NCBI GenBank assembly: GCA_030704615.1
Contig: CM060732.1
Coordinates: forward strand, 17,918,001 to 17,982,000
DNA length: 64,000 nucleotides
DNA from: Takakia lepidozioides
Taxonomy: Eukaryota > Plantae > Bryophyta
Reading direction: 5' to 3'
In this document: in pieces, positions 49,986-61,569 of the stretch
Numbering within the stretch: the stretch's first letter is position 1
Layout: every line of letters starts with the position of its first letter
Translations under genes and position numbers: made by a program
The notes under the pieces: generated by a model
Seen by the model: the letters and a program-made list of their open reading frames with translations, nothing else
What the model was told of the DNA's origin: nothing
Database searches by the model: none

Positions 49986-51611
49986 TCAAATCTTTTCAAC
50001 AGATTCCTCAGACACTTCATCAGCCTCAACAACAGGCAAAGCCTCGACAAGAACCCCCTCCTCTGACTCAGTCAATATGACTTCTCCAATCTTGTGGTTG
50101 ACATCTCCATTCACAGCAAGCTCAACTTCCTCCACCTTATCAAGCTCCATCTCCTCATTTTTCTCAACTTGGCCATCTTTCGGCTCTCCTACACTTGCAT
50201 CAGCATGCTGGGGAATCTCTAGTGAGGTAGGCCCATTCAACACCCCTTTCCCTTCACTTTTTGTTCCATTCTCCCTTTTCTCCCTCGCATCATTCTGAAG
50301 CTTCAGAAAGTTCTCCTTCTTAGCCTTCACCTCCTCAAGACTCTTCGGAATATCACCAACACTTGTGGGAGGAGAAAGCTTAACTTTCTGAAAAGAATTA
50401 AGGGCATCAAGAGACAAAGATATTCTCTCCTTCTCCTTGCTCTTGGGGGGAGCTGCAGCTCTTGTCTTTTTGCCCTTTCCTTTGGCCCCAAAGCCTGCAA
50501 ACCAACCCTCTAACTCCTCATCGTTCCTAGTTTTCTTGCTTAGGATCATATTTCCTACTCCTTTTGGAGCCAAGATTTCAGCCTTATGTGAAGGGCCAGG
50601 GGCAACAGTCTCCTCCGGGGCTTGTGCAGCTGGTGCATACTTCTGAAGGTAAGAAAACAGCTGATCACACAGAATGATCTCGTCTGTGAATGGCTCCACG
50701 AAGTTCTCCATCTCTCTCTGCTTTCGTATGATTTCCCTCTCCCTCCTCTCGGCCTCCCTCTTCTCAAATGCTCTTTTGCGCTCCAGCGCTTGCTGCTCTT
50801 TCCACTCTCTCTCTCTCTCCCAAAACTCATCTTCTTTGGTCCGAAATTCTGCCCTCAACTCCTTCGCCTCCTCCTTCAGTACCTTCACTCTGTCAAAAGC
50901 CGCATTCCTCTCCTCGTAAAGTCCAGGCATGTCGACAGCCTGGGAGGCCTCTTTCTCCTTGATCTTCGCTAAGATCTGGCGCTGCTCCTGCTCCTGCAGC
51001 TTCAGATTATTGAGGAGCTGATCCTTCTCCTTGATCTTCTCGATGAGTTCTGCGCGGGATCCTTCATCCTGAGATATATGTCCCAACCGCTCATTATAAT
51101 CCTTCACAAAATCCCTAGACTTCGTCAAATCCTTCATTTGCTGCATTACTTTTTTCTCCTCTTGCAATGTGAGAGACGTATGGCTCAAGCGGTACTCCAG
51201 CTTCTTAATCTCTTCGTCAATCTGCTCTACTCTCACATACGGCAGCTTATCCCTCAGAGACCGAGCCTCGGCGCGTCTCCTCTCTCTCTCCTTGTCAACT
51301 GTCTCCAGCTCCTCTCTCAAAGCCTTCTTAGCCTCGAGGATACCACGGAAGGTAGAACTTAGGTCAGTGAGCCGACCGCGCGCATCTAGATGTTCCTGGG
51401 ACGTGAAATGCTTGTTCTGTTGCTTACCGTCAAGAATGGTCTTTATCTCAAAAATTCGAGCCTGCAATCCATCCACCTCATCAAATAGTTTCGCGATTTG
51501 CTCGTCCAGGGCAGTCTTGTTTGGCCTTTCGAGTCTCTTCACTCTCCGGATTGGCAGTTTCTCGGCCTCTCGGTCCACTGGCAGCACCGGAGTCTCTACC
51601 ACGCCCACCAT
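49986..51611 (-). CDS. Coiled-coil Bfr1-like / proton-pump-interactor-related protein, single coding exon
   Basis: Uninterrupted ORF of about 541 aa from ATG 51611, preceded by a CAG acceptor (5' UTR intron). Motifs: IDEEIKKLEYRLSHTSLTLQEEKKVM, PFTDEIILCDQLFSYL, ISLSLDALNSFQKVKLSPPTS. Confidence 0.7.
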   Translation of the reverse strand: MVGVVETPVLPVDREAEKLPIRRVKRLERPNKTALDEQIAKLFDEVDGLQARIFEIKTILDGKQQNKHFTSQEHLDARGRLTDLSSTFRGILEAKKALREELETVDKERERRRAEARSLRDKLPYVRVEQIDEEIKKLEYRLSHTSLTLQEEKKVMQQMKDLTKSRDFVKDYNERLGHISQDEGSRAELIEKIKEKDQLLNNLKLQEQEQRQILAKIKEKEASQAVDMPGLYEERNAAFDRVKVLKEEAKELRAEFRTKEDEFWEREREWKEQQALERKRAFEKREAERREREIIRKQREMENFVEPFTDEIILCDQLFSYLQKYAPAAQAPEETVAPGPSHKAEILAPKGVGNMILSKKTRNDEELEGWFAGFGAKGKGKKTRAAAPPKSKEKERISLSLDALNSFQKVKLSPPTSVGDIPKSLEEVKAKKENFLKLQNDAREKRENGTKSEGKGVLNGPTSLEIPQHADASVGEPKDGQVEKNEEMELDKVEEVELAVNGDVNHKIGEVILTESEEGVLVEALPVVEADEVSEESVEKI

Positions 51612-52859
51612 CTCGCCCGAAAAGCCTGTGTAATTCACAAAAGTGTCAAAACAAGGGATTTGACCGAAGCCGAACTGTGGCCATGTTTCGCAAAATACCC
51701 AGCACTCGGAAATGGAAACAATGCCGCAGAGAAGGCCGTCATCAACATACAGAGCGGTGAAAATAAATCTGCACCAGAGTAGAGAGGGAAAAGAGAAAAC
51801 GTACGCAGGCAGATGAAGGTAGGCAAGATAGCGGTACAACGATCTGTCACTCCAAAGTTACTCCTCCAGGAGAAACGATTTCAGTCCACTGGTGACCTCT
51901 CTGGATCCCTTCTGTTGTTTGGTGAAGTAATCCCAGGCTCAAAACCGTAGGGCAACGTAATTATAAACTAGTTCACCTCTCTTTCAACCCCAGAGAAACC
52001 ACACACTTAAGAACTAAAACAAACAAAGAGAAAATGAACAAGAACAGAATCCAAGTCCTATGCAAGTTCCCATACCCTGATCGGCGATAGACAGGGCCCC
52101 TGCGAAGGAGGCGAAGGAGGAAGACACTTGCTCCGAACCAGAGCCAAATCATCCTCGCCTGCCCTCCACACCTGCTCTTCCGTTGGCCCCACACTCCAAC
52201 GAAACCCAACTTCGCTCGTCAATTCCGGACGGACGGAGCACAACCTCTTCTCTTCTTTACAATGTCCTTAGACGCCAAACGAACGAAACGTGGACGAATT
52301 GACGAAAAGTGGACGGTAGTCCCTGGCGACGTGCTCTAGGAGAGTTGGATGAGGACTGAAATCATCCGGACAGGCGCCAATAATTCCCTCGGGCAGCTCA
52401 AGATGCACGAGAGTAAATAGTTAATATTTGTCAGCCTCCAGAACGGACAGTTATTTAACGGATGATATCGTTGGAGGAAATGATCATCCATCTGTAGGCA
52501 CAAGAGCAACCCGTCACGCGGGATAATTCAACCGGAGACTTTGTCTCATTTGCTTCGCCTGTCCGGTATTATCACGCCGCGTGGAAAATTTCTTACCCGG
52601 GGGACAAAGGATTAGTGGGCGGATTCTGTGTTTGTCTGACGGATAAAGAGGAGGGAATAGACGAATAATGTGGAGGACAGATGGTGGGATGCGTGCCGTC
52701 CAAATGTAGCAATTGTGGTGTCTGGGAGTGTGAGGGGGATGGGGATGATGAAACCCTACAAGACTTTTTTACAACATGTACAATGGGTGAACGTGCATAT
52801 GATGTGAAGTTCCAAAAAAGGGGGGGAGGAACAAGAAACAAGAGAAGAAAACAAAAAGC

Positions 52860-53508
52860 TATAGTAAGCTACTCAAGCAGAGCGACCCTCCCAGCCAACA
52901 GCCTGGAGGAGATCAGGCAAAGAGATAGGCAAAGTGTCAGGCATAGGCGGAAGACGAGATGACGCGGAGCTAGCCACATCAGCCCGATGCAAAATAGAGA
53001 TGGCTTGTGCTCTCTACAAAGCAACTGAAACACGTTGTCGATAGTAGGTGACAAGGACGGAGGCATGTGGGATGCCAGTGGACCCGCTCTTGGCTGCATG
53101 ATATGCACATGTTCGCAGGAAATCGTCGAAATGCCGGTGCAATGAGCCAAATATTTCGACCGCCAGTGGAAGAAATGTGTCGGTGGGGTGACTATCGTTG
53201 TAGTCGCGCTCCTTGGCCTGGGCTGCTACAGTGGCTGCCCTGGTGTAGTAGCTGCGTGAAATAGCAGATCCGCTCGAGTGGGGTCGGCGAGAACGACATC
53301 TGCTAATGTACGCAAACCATCTCTAGATAGGACAATGTCAACACGGCGACGTGTAGAGTGGGACGTGAGCGTGGGTCGTAGATGTGGTTGCTCACGTAGT
53401 ACATGATACCCTGCCTCCCGAGCAATAGATGTCACCGTATCGCGAACCATATCATGAGACGCAGTGCGTTCACCACCACATGGACAGCGGAGAAAATGGA
53501 TAGCAAGA
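52860..53508 (-). mobile_element. 3' fragment of a CRE-clade-like non-LTR retrotransposon (restriction-like endonuclease region)
   Basis: HFLRCPCGGERTASHDMVRD..REAGY..RRVDIVL..LADVVLADP, a frameshift, then FLPLAVEIFGSLH..YYRQRVSVAL*RAQA. Confidence 0.75.
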
Positions 53509-53875
53509 TCAACGATGGGGAGGGCTGTGGAGACGTTCTGTGGGTGTGAGGGGGAGAAGAGGGGCAGGAGACATCACTAACTTACCTTTGGCCCCACCGA
53601 GAGATGGAGGGAGGGGGAGCCAGAGATGGCTGGATCTGTGCGTTTGATGGTGAGGGACAAGGTTTAGTCTCTGCAGATCGGCCAGAGAAGAGGTGAATTG
53701 GCATGATACGGATGACGTCGTTGTGGGCACACGTTGCGGGGTTCCTGAGGTTCTAGGTATTGGTTGACGGTTGAGGATGGACTGTCTGCATTTGATGGAC
53801 AAAGAGAACCATGTGTGGGACAGGAGATGGGACACCAGGGATTGAATGAAGTTGGGTTTTTAGTGATACTCTCCT

Positions 53876-54230
53876 CCTTCGATTCGATTTCATAACATTT
53901 CAAAGGATTAAGGATGTCATTGTGTACTCATTCTTTAGACCTAACGTTACCCGACATGGAGAAGAATGCCTTGAACTCGTTGTTGACAAGGTTTCGCATT
54001 TCGAAGATGTGTTTGACGCGGCCGCTGTCTGTCTTGTCACACCCCTTCGATTCGATTTCATTGCATTTCAGAGGATTAAGGATTGAATAGATGTACAGCA
54101 TAGGTTACTTACTCTTTAGACTCGAGGTTACCGGACATGGAATCCCTACCACAAGACTGCATTGAACTCATTTTCGACAAGGTTTCGCATTTCGAGGACG
54201 TGGTTGACGCGGCTGTCTGTCTTGCCACAC
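53876..54230 (+). repeat. Diverged tandem duplication (about 170-185 bp) covering the start of the F-box-like ORF
   Basis: ccttcgattcgatttcat..ctttagac..gacatgga..gacaaggtttcgcatttcga..gctgtctgtcttg.cacac occurs twice. Confidence 0.85.
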
Positions 54231-55090
54231 TCTCTTGCACAGGGAAAAACTTTAGGGATGTAACCATGCAATCTTGTGGATGGAAAACATCTTGCAAGTT
54301 TCATTTTGGTGTTGAGTTCAGCACAAGTAGAGATGCAGCAATGATGTTCAAGCGGTGGTATAACTTCGCCAGGGAGGAACTGACCATCATTGAATCCAAG
54401 AATCATGAATTGAATGACTTGAATTATACCTCCCTTGATGAAACCAGGAGAGAAGAGCTTATTGCACTCCACCTTAGAGTGAAAGATGAGGAATTCACGG
54501 TAGCTGAGGCCAGAAGAAGGGTTGATTTGACGGACTCGGATCTTAAATTTTTGAACCAGTTGAGGAAAGAGGAGATTAATGCCTTCGATCGTTTGAAAGA
54601 AGAGCAACTCACCTTGGCTGAGGTAGAACAGATTTACCATCTCTCTTAATCAGACCTCAAGGACAAGCGCAGGGAAAAATGGTTGGATACTCGATACAGA
54701 CCGCCAGCTCTCATTTGTCTCTTTCGATTGATAGACGTGTTGCAAGCAGTATAATGCAAACATGGGTCCATGGTTGCTTTTCAAGCTCACAGGTTGAAGG
54801 ATTGGAGCAGAAAATTAAGGTATTGGCACCGGGATATGCATGAGCAAAAGGAGATACAATCGAGGCTCTTAAGAAGTTAAAAAATGAGCCTTTGGAGGGA
54901 ATTGTGCACAAGGGCCCGACTGAGGCAACATCTGCAGAGGGCAAGTAGATTTCTCGCCACTTCCCTAGAGTACAGGTTTCAAATATTCTGCATGTCAAAC
55001 AACATAGGAGACACAAATGTTTGGTCCTCGTTGAGCGGGCCTAATTACTTATTGCGATCGTGGTCTTTCTTTCTTTTAAGGAACAGATAA
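54137..55090 (+). pseudogene. Intronless F-box-like protein remnant with in-frame stops
   Basis: N-terminal MESLPQDCIELIFDKV resembles an F-box start. The frame continues past TAA 54647 and TAA near 54752 with protein-like sequence. Confidence 0.5.
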
Positions 55091-56954
55091 GATGCAGAAG
55101 AGAATCCTGCAGCTGGAAGTAAAAGGGCTCACCCCCCTTGGAGATCAAGCATGTCAAGAAATCTGGCATGTGTTTTGACCTTTCACATGATTAGACTATG
55201 TACATTTCTGGCATTGATGGTAAAGCATTAGAGCTGGCATCATTCACATTGGGGAAGCGCATTAGGCAAGGTGGAGTGTAGCTCTCGTGAGAGGTTACTC
55301 TATCAAATTCCAAATAAATACCAACCTGCTGTGTCTTCTCAATACAAGTCAATGTACGCATGCGGCCCTCAAGTGTCTGTCTATAGATACGTCTTTGTAT
55401 ACAGAAGTTCTTGGGGTATATGTCAGCCCTTCACATGTAGTTGAGATGCCATCCCACTACTATCAGTGTATGTGGGAGACTACTTTATGAGTGTACGAGA
55501 GTGTTATGAGTGTGATAACAATCAGATTGGTGGGCTAAGTGCAACACCCTTCCTCATAAATGGATATAGAAGTTTGTGGCCCATCCTTTTGCCTTGGTTC
55601 TTTTCTATATTTTGCAATAGGTCTCTATCCTTAGGAAAGGTAGACAAGAAACATTCAATTCAGGCCTCCAGAACTTGATGTGCAGCTCCACACATCAGAT
55701 CATTTTGTTTCCTGCGGTCATCTATAGTAATAATACATCCAACAATTCCATGTCTAAAGCCTCTTTACATCATGTTCATGCTAAGCTAGCGAGGCTATCT
55801 ACCACCTTCTACATGCTAGAAGTCACTTCCAGGCTTCAGTGTGCCAAGCAAATGTAACCATCAATTCTTCACTGAATTCTCCAATCCTAGACGTTGTGCG
55901 CTCTACAAAATACTCAGTTTCTGATCTTCTGATGTTCAGGTTCTACCAAACTTCTTGCGTTGTTCAAAAGGCAGTTCAGTTCTTGTCAATACCATGTGTT
56001 GCAGGTCAGCCAATGCCAGGGCATGCACCTTGATTGAGCCTCTGCATTGGTGGTGTTGTTTCTTCTGCAACTGCAGGCCCTGCTCTGAACAATCATTTTC
56101 TTGGTGCTCCTTCGAGGCAAAATCTGGACTGTATGGCTTACACTGCCTGCTTGTGCTTTCTTGGACCTCAAGGGGCAGGTTAGGTCCATGTGCACCCGTG
56201 GCATGAAATAGATGTCTTTGTTGGAAATCAGAGACCAAAGATTCCAGCCAGCGCCTGAAATAGGCCAACAGAGTAAGGCCACACTACACTGACACGTAAG
56301 CAAAGGACACAAAGATTCTATCTTTGCGGTGTTTCTCTTCATCTGTGGATGGAATGGCCAAACTTGTGATGGCCATGCAGATCTTTGTGTAGAATAGATA
56401 AAATTACGGTTCGCTTGTTCTCATTGCACATTTTTTGCCTCAGAGATTAACCTTGTAAGCATCTGTAACACCAAGGGTTCCAACTACTTTGTTGCAGTCT
56501 TGCAATAACTTGGGGTGCAATCAAAGTGTAGTCCTCCTTGCACGGTTAGGCTTGTGGAGAGATGGCGACTCTCCCCCAAACAGTAAAAAAAAGGTTTTTT
56601 TTCTGTTTGTTTTTGCTTCCCTGCTTTCTTTGGCATTCTCTGCGTTTAGATTGAAGTGTATTTGACCACGATAGCAAGTGTGGAAGCCTGCTATTCACCT
56701 CGTGCATCCTCACTAACTCACAATGCGTTGTGGTTGTTTTTGGGACGGGCACAGGTGAGGGCTTCCACTTAATATTCTGATGTCTAGGTGTTGTTGGATG
56801 CCAAGTGGGATTGCAGAGCAGGGGAAGGAATCGCTTGCCAGGGACTCATCTTAAAATGTTGAAAAACTAAACTACTCTATGGTTTTTCTTGATCTTAAGG
56901 TGAAGATTCTGCCTGTGGATATTCGGCTGACAATGAAATATGGCAGCAATATAT

Positions 56955-57674
56955 AACTGGTAACTGGTTTTTGAGGCAGCCAGGGTGGTCAAGTGGAAAA
57001 TACCCCATGGACATGGTGTAATGACATGGTCAAATGTGGAATGATGTGAATAGGGTATACTGACAGTATTATATACTGTCACATGATGTGTATGCAGTCC
57101 TTTATCTTTACCTTGCTGGGTCATGAACTTTGATTTTCAGCTGTAGCAAGAAATAAAGGTATAAGGGTATTCTGGAAAACTTACCAGACATATCCACATC
57201 CCCTGTGGGGGCAAGTTGTGCTGCAGACCAGTCTAAGCAAATACTGGCAGGGCAAGGTATTTAAATCTGTGATGTCCAAGTGTTCTTTTTGTTCTTTTTG
57301 CTTTCTGAAAAAAACCCTCCATGACACCCATGGGGTTTGAGTAAGTATGTTTGGATTACTGCTTGCGGACAGTAAATCTGTATGACCATGTAACCTGCAC
57401 CACATCAAGGCCAAAATATGGCCAAGTACCCGCCATCCCACCCAGACCTCCGAATGTGTATCATGATCATGACTGGTGGTCAATCAACATCAATGGCATA
57501 TTCTTTGGGTTATGAATAATACTGACATGAACACATTACTGTGCATGGATGTAATTCTGGATTTTCTAAGCTTGATGATTGATGGATGCTGCCACTGATA
57601 TGTCTGTTTATTCTTTTATGACAACGACCCTAGGGGTCCTGTCTTTGTCTTGACATGACAAAAAGTATCTTCCC
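56955..57674. repeat. Copy 1 of a diverged dispersed repeat (copy 2 at 61570-61985)
   Basis: Shared blocks: gcagccaggg, catggtgtaa..acatggtca, ccatcccacc, aatactgacat, tgatgattgatggatg.tgccactg, gtctttgtcttgacatgacaaa..tatcttccc. Confidence 0.75.
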
Positions 57675-57689
57675 GTGAGCTCTGCCATA

Positions 57690-58250
57690 GTCTAGTCTCT
57701 AGGATAGCTCTAGGGCCTCACCAACTTCTTTCATCCACTCGGATGGTTCTCTCTCTGATATGATATCTTGGGTAGGAGGTGGACCATCCCGCCTGGGAGC
57801 CGGTACCGCCTGAGCTATAGCCATGGCAGCGAGCCTCTGCTCTAGCTGCTGAAGCCGGTTGGCCATGCCTTGATCAACACCCTGACCTCCGCGTCCTTGG
57901 CCATGTTGAGCTTGCCCTTGGCCTGCACCTCGTGCCCGACCAACTCGTCCTCTCTGGGCTGGTCCACCTCGCCCCCGGCCACCATTGTTCCCTTGGAACT
58001 GGCCTGGGCGCAACTCAGGATGTAAGTCATAACACTGGGCATCTCCATGCCCATACTTGCCACAATGCCCACACTGCAACTGTGGAGGCTGTGCTTGTGC
58101 CGGCCTTCTGCCACTCTCTGGGCAATCTCTCTTGACATGGGGTCCTCCACATGTCCAACATATCACCCCTGGTTGCTGTTGTCCCTCACCGCAAGGTATG
58201 TATGCTTCATGGCCCTCCGAAGTTTTCTTTTTTCCCCATCAATAAAAATA
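57690..58250 (-). mobile_element. LTR-retrotransposon gag fragment with two zinc knuckles
   Basis: CWTCGGPHVKRDC and CGHCGKYGHGDAQCYDLHPELRP, followed by a Gly/Arg-rich region. Confidence 0.75.
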
Positions 58251-58268
58251 TTGGGGTTTCATTCCCTT

Positions 58269-58270
<2 letters not shown>

Positions 58271-58340
<70 letters not shown>
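58271..58340. repeat. (AT)n microsatellite
   Basis: About 35 perfect AT units. Confidence 0.97.
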
Positions 58341-58343
<3 letters not shown>

Positions 58344-58351
58344 CTGCAGAA

Positions 58352-60661
58352 ATGGAAGATTGTTTGAGAAAAGAGTTCCCGGAATTACAGAACTTGAATA
58401 TTATTCAAGGAGAGGCATCAAGACAAATTAACAGTGATAAACCAGAAGATCAGGAAATTAGATCTCCGGAAAGTGAGAACACTACACCAAAAGGAGTTGC
58501 AAGTAATACACTTGGTGAATGGTTACCACAAGAAAGATCTGAAGGACCCTCTACAGTAACAAGTCCAAATCGAGGTTTCGCTGAAATATTGGAAGAAAAG
58601 TTTGAGAATATTTTGAGTGAAGAAGGGGAGAGAAGTGAAACTGCTTCTCCAGAAATGATAACCAGAACCGCACTCAAAGCTTTTAAAGATTCATTAAGCT
58701 TAGTAGGAACAGCAGCTGGTAGGCGGCTATCTTTGGGACAAGGACCTCCGAGTTTTGAATCTTTGTTTGGAAGACAAACACCAGAAACACCCTTAGTAGT
58801 GACAGTCCCAACACCAACACCATCAATAGCAGCTGGACCCTTTCAGTTTGGACAAATTGCAGCACCAGTTGCACCAGCAGCACCAATGGCTCTAGCAGCA
58901 AGCAAAACCCGACCACCATTTCCTCTGTAGGAGACAACCAGCATGTAGCCCAGTGGTAATGGGCACATACCACGTTGGATGTGGTTGTGGGTTCAAACCA
59001 CGGTCTGGTGTGTCATGAAGGTGTCCACCTTTCAGCTGGAAGGCAGTAGCCCTTGTGGTGAAGTGACACCATAAGTTATGCTCCCTTCGGGAGGCGCCAT
59101 ACTTTTTTTTACTTTCCTCTGTATGATGGGAAATCTGATCCAGATATCCATCTTAATCAATTTGAGAACATGTGCACTATTTACAATGAGGCCACGGATC
59201 AGGAAATGATCCGATTATTTCCTTGTTCACTAACAGGGCATGGAATGGTTGGCAACGTTCCCAGTCATTTTGCAACCTGGGACGACATGAAAGCAACATT
59301 TCAAGAACGATACCGTTCCAACAAATCCACATCTGAAATCTTTACAGGATTACAGAATCTGAAACAGAAAAAAGAAAGAATTGGTAGTTGACTACGTGGA
59401 GAGGTTGAAAACTTTGGTCAGGAAGTTAAACCAAGCACCAGGGGATGACTTACAGAAGTCATGGTTCATCAATGGACTTCGTCCTGAGTACGTAACTATG
59501 ATTACATTCTTACCCAACAACACTTTGGCTGAAGCAGTAGCAACTGCAAAGAAATTGGAACTTGGGTTCCACTAGAGCAGAAACAAGGATTCCAGGGACA
59601 CCTTGGAAGAGGAAGACTCTGATGATGAGGAAAAACCCAAAGAAACAAAAAAGAGGTGATTGATAAAACCACCCTGGACCAGAAGATAGTAGAGGCTCTC
59701 AAGAATTTTAAAACTGAAGGGTCAAGAAAGGCAACATGGTGTCATAAATGCGGGACCGTTGGACACCTAGCAACAAAATGCCATATGAAAGACAAATACT
59801 GTGATATTTGTCATATGAACAATCATAATACCAGGCATTGTATTTACAATCAACGGGCCAAGAAGAGTGGGTACACACGGGAAGTGGGGGTACACCAAGT
59901 CCAAGTCCGACGGGGAGGATCGGATGGACCAAGACGATAAAATACAGATAATCGTTACCAGAGGCCACGAGATGACTATCCGCCACGGATAGAGAACATC
60001 AACCAGAAACAAGGAAACCACAAGATGCCACTATTGCAAGAAAGAGGAACACTGGAAACATGAATGCCAGTTGCGACTCAAGCATGAGGCAGAATTGGGA
60101 AATATGGAAGCCAGACCGAGTGTAGCCGTGAGTGTGGTAACCCCTGTAGTGGATACCCTTGCGGTAACCCGAACTCAAGCCAAGAAACAAAAACCTCTAG
60201 ATAAGGAGTCTGAAGAAGAACGGAAACAATATCCAGAAAGTGCAACATGACAGGAAGAAAAGAGCTTACACCAGGAGGTAAGCAAGGCCATAGCTCAAAT
60301 GCAAGAAGGAACTCATATACCTTCTGGAGATCCAACTCCAGATAATCAGATCAGACCAACGACGAAGACCACGAATGAAACCACGGAGACAGCATTGACT
60401 GAAGTAATATGCCAGACCAAGACCCAAATTACCATTGGACAATTATTAAAAATTGCTCCACACTACAAGAAAACTTTATTTCGGGCAATTGAGGCGTTGA
60501 CCCCTACACCAAAACAAAAACCAACACCAGAGGTTTACACGATTAAACCCACAATTATACAACGAGCTCCAGACTACGACGAAGCGATACCAGTAATACA
60601 AGTACGTATTGGACGGAAGCTGGTAACGAATGTACTTATCGATGGAGGATCGGGAGTGAAT
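58352..60661 (+). mobile_element. Degenerate Ty3/gypsy-like gag-protease region
   Basis: FPLYDGKSDPDIHLNQFE..IRLFPCSL, WFINGLRPEY, knuckles CHKCGTVGHLATKC / CDICHMNNHNTRHC, and protease motif VLIDGGSGVN. Several frameshifts. Confidence 0.85.
58930..59112 (+). mobile_element. tRNA-derived SINE with T-tail inserted into gag
   Basis: A box TAGCCCAGTGG, B box GGTTCAAACC, 3' hairpin and T8. 11-bp TSD TTTCCTCTGTA at 58919-58929 and 59113-59123. Removing the insert restores RPPFPLYDGKSDP. Confidence 0.93.
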
Positions 60662-60880
60662 GGACATAACGGTCCCCCTTGCTCGCCCACGAGACCCTCT
60701 AACAGTCGGGCCCAGTGGAAATTCCCTTTGGTAGTTGGCAGTCCGGAATAGCTCCCCACACTTTGGTCGCTTTCCGGCTCGCTTGTTTACTCACTAGCTT
60801 TTGGTCACCTAACGGGCTTGCACCGTTCTCAGGGTTACTACTCCCTATATATACTTATGTAGGTGTCGGCGGGGGTCTCA
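60662..60880 (-). mobile_element. Possible LTR 5'-end fragment
   Basis: Begins TGTGAGACCCCCG on the - strand and abruptly replaces the protease frame. Confidence 0.35.
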
Positions 60881-60899
60881 CAAACAACCAAGTCCTTTT

Positions 60900-61552
60900 T
60901 GGACACACATCAGTTTTTAGGCCCTGGTTTACTTGGCTTCAGCTTGTTAATAAACCTGGCAATGATGGCAAAGACTATGGCGGTTCGTGTGGGACACACA
61001 CATCAGTTTGTAGGCCTTGTTTCGCTTTGTCTCCAGCCTGTTAGGTTAAGCATACAGGTGCTGAATATGGTGGCTTGTGTGGGACACACACCTTAGTTCT
61101 TAGGCCCTGGTCTATTTGGCTTTCAGCTTGTTAATAAACATGGCAATGATGGCAAAGATTATGGTGGCTTGCGTGGGACACACACATCAGTTTTTAGGCC
61201 CTGGTTTACTTGGCTTTGAGCTTGTTAATAAACCTGGCAATAATGGCAAAGATTATGATGGTTTGTGTGGGACACACACATCAGTTTGTAGGCCTTGTTT
61301 TGCTTTGTCTCCAACTTGTTAGGTTAAACATACAGGTGCTGAATGTGGTGGCTTGTGTGGGACACACACATCAGTTTTTAGGCCCTGGTTAACCTTACAA
61401 TGATGGTTTGTGGGACACACACATCAGTTTTTTGGCCTTGGTTTACTTGGTTTTCAGCTTGATAATAAACCTGGCAATGACGACAAAGATTATGGTGGTT
61501 CGTGTGGGACACACACATCAGTTTGTAGGCCTTGTTTTGCTTTGTCTCCAGC
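60900..61552 (+). repeat. Minisatellite built from two subunit types (94 and 90 bp) sharing a core of about 30 bp
   Basis: Core gtgggacacacacatcagttt(t/g)taggcc at about 60900, 60989, 61079, 61173, 61267, 61357, 61410 and 61504. Confidence 0.92.
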
Positions 61553-61569
61553 TCTTTGCTTTGTCATTA

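Noticed and set aside
51612-51839. N-terminal 76 aa of the 617-aa ORF call
   Set aside because: It has a non-ATG start and a T-rich intron-like sequence ending in a CAG acceptor; ATG 51611 is the better start.
55600-56350. Exon-like pieces on the - strand
   Set aside because: Splice-like signals exist but no coherent frame or recognisable protein.
58047-58367. YI-repeat ORF segments
   Set aside because: These are translations of the (AT)n tract.
58940-59010. Functional tRNA gene
   Set aside because: A and B boxes are present but there is no convincing acceptor stem. The TSDs, body and tail identify it as a SINE head.
60900-61552. CRISPR-like repeat-spacer array
   Set aside because: The linkers are two recurring types rather than unique spacers, there are no cas genes, and the context is eukaryotic.
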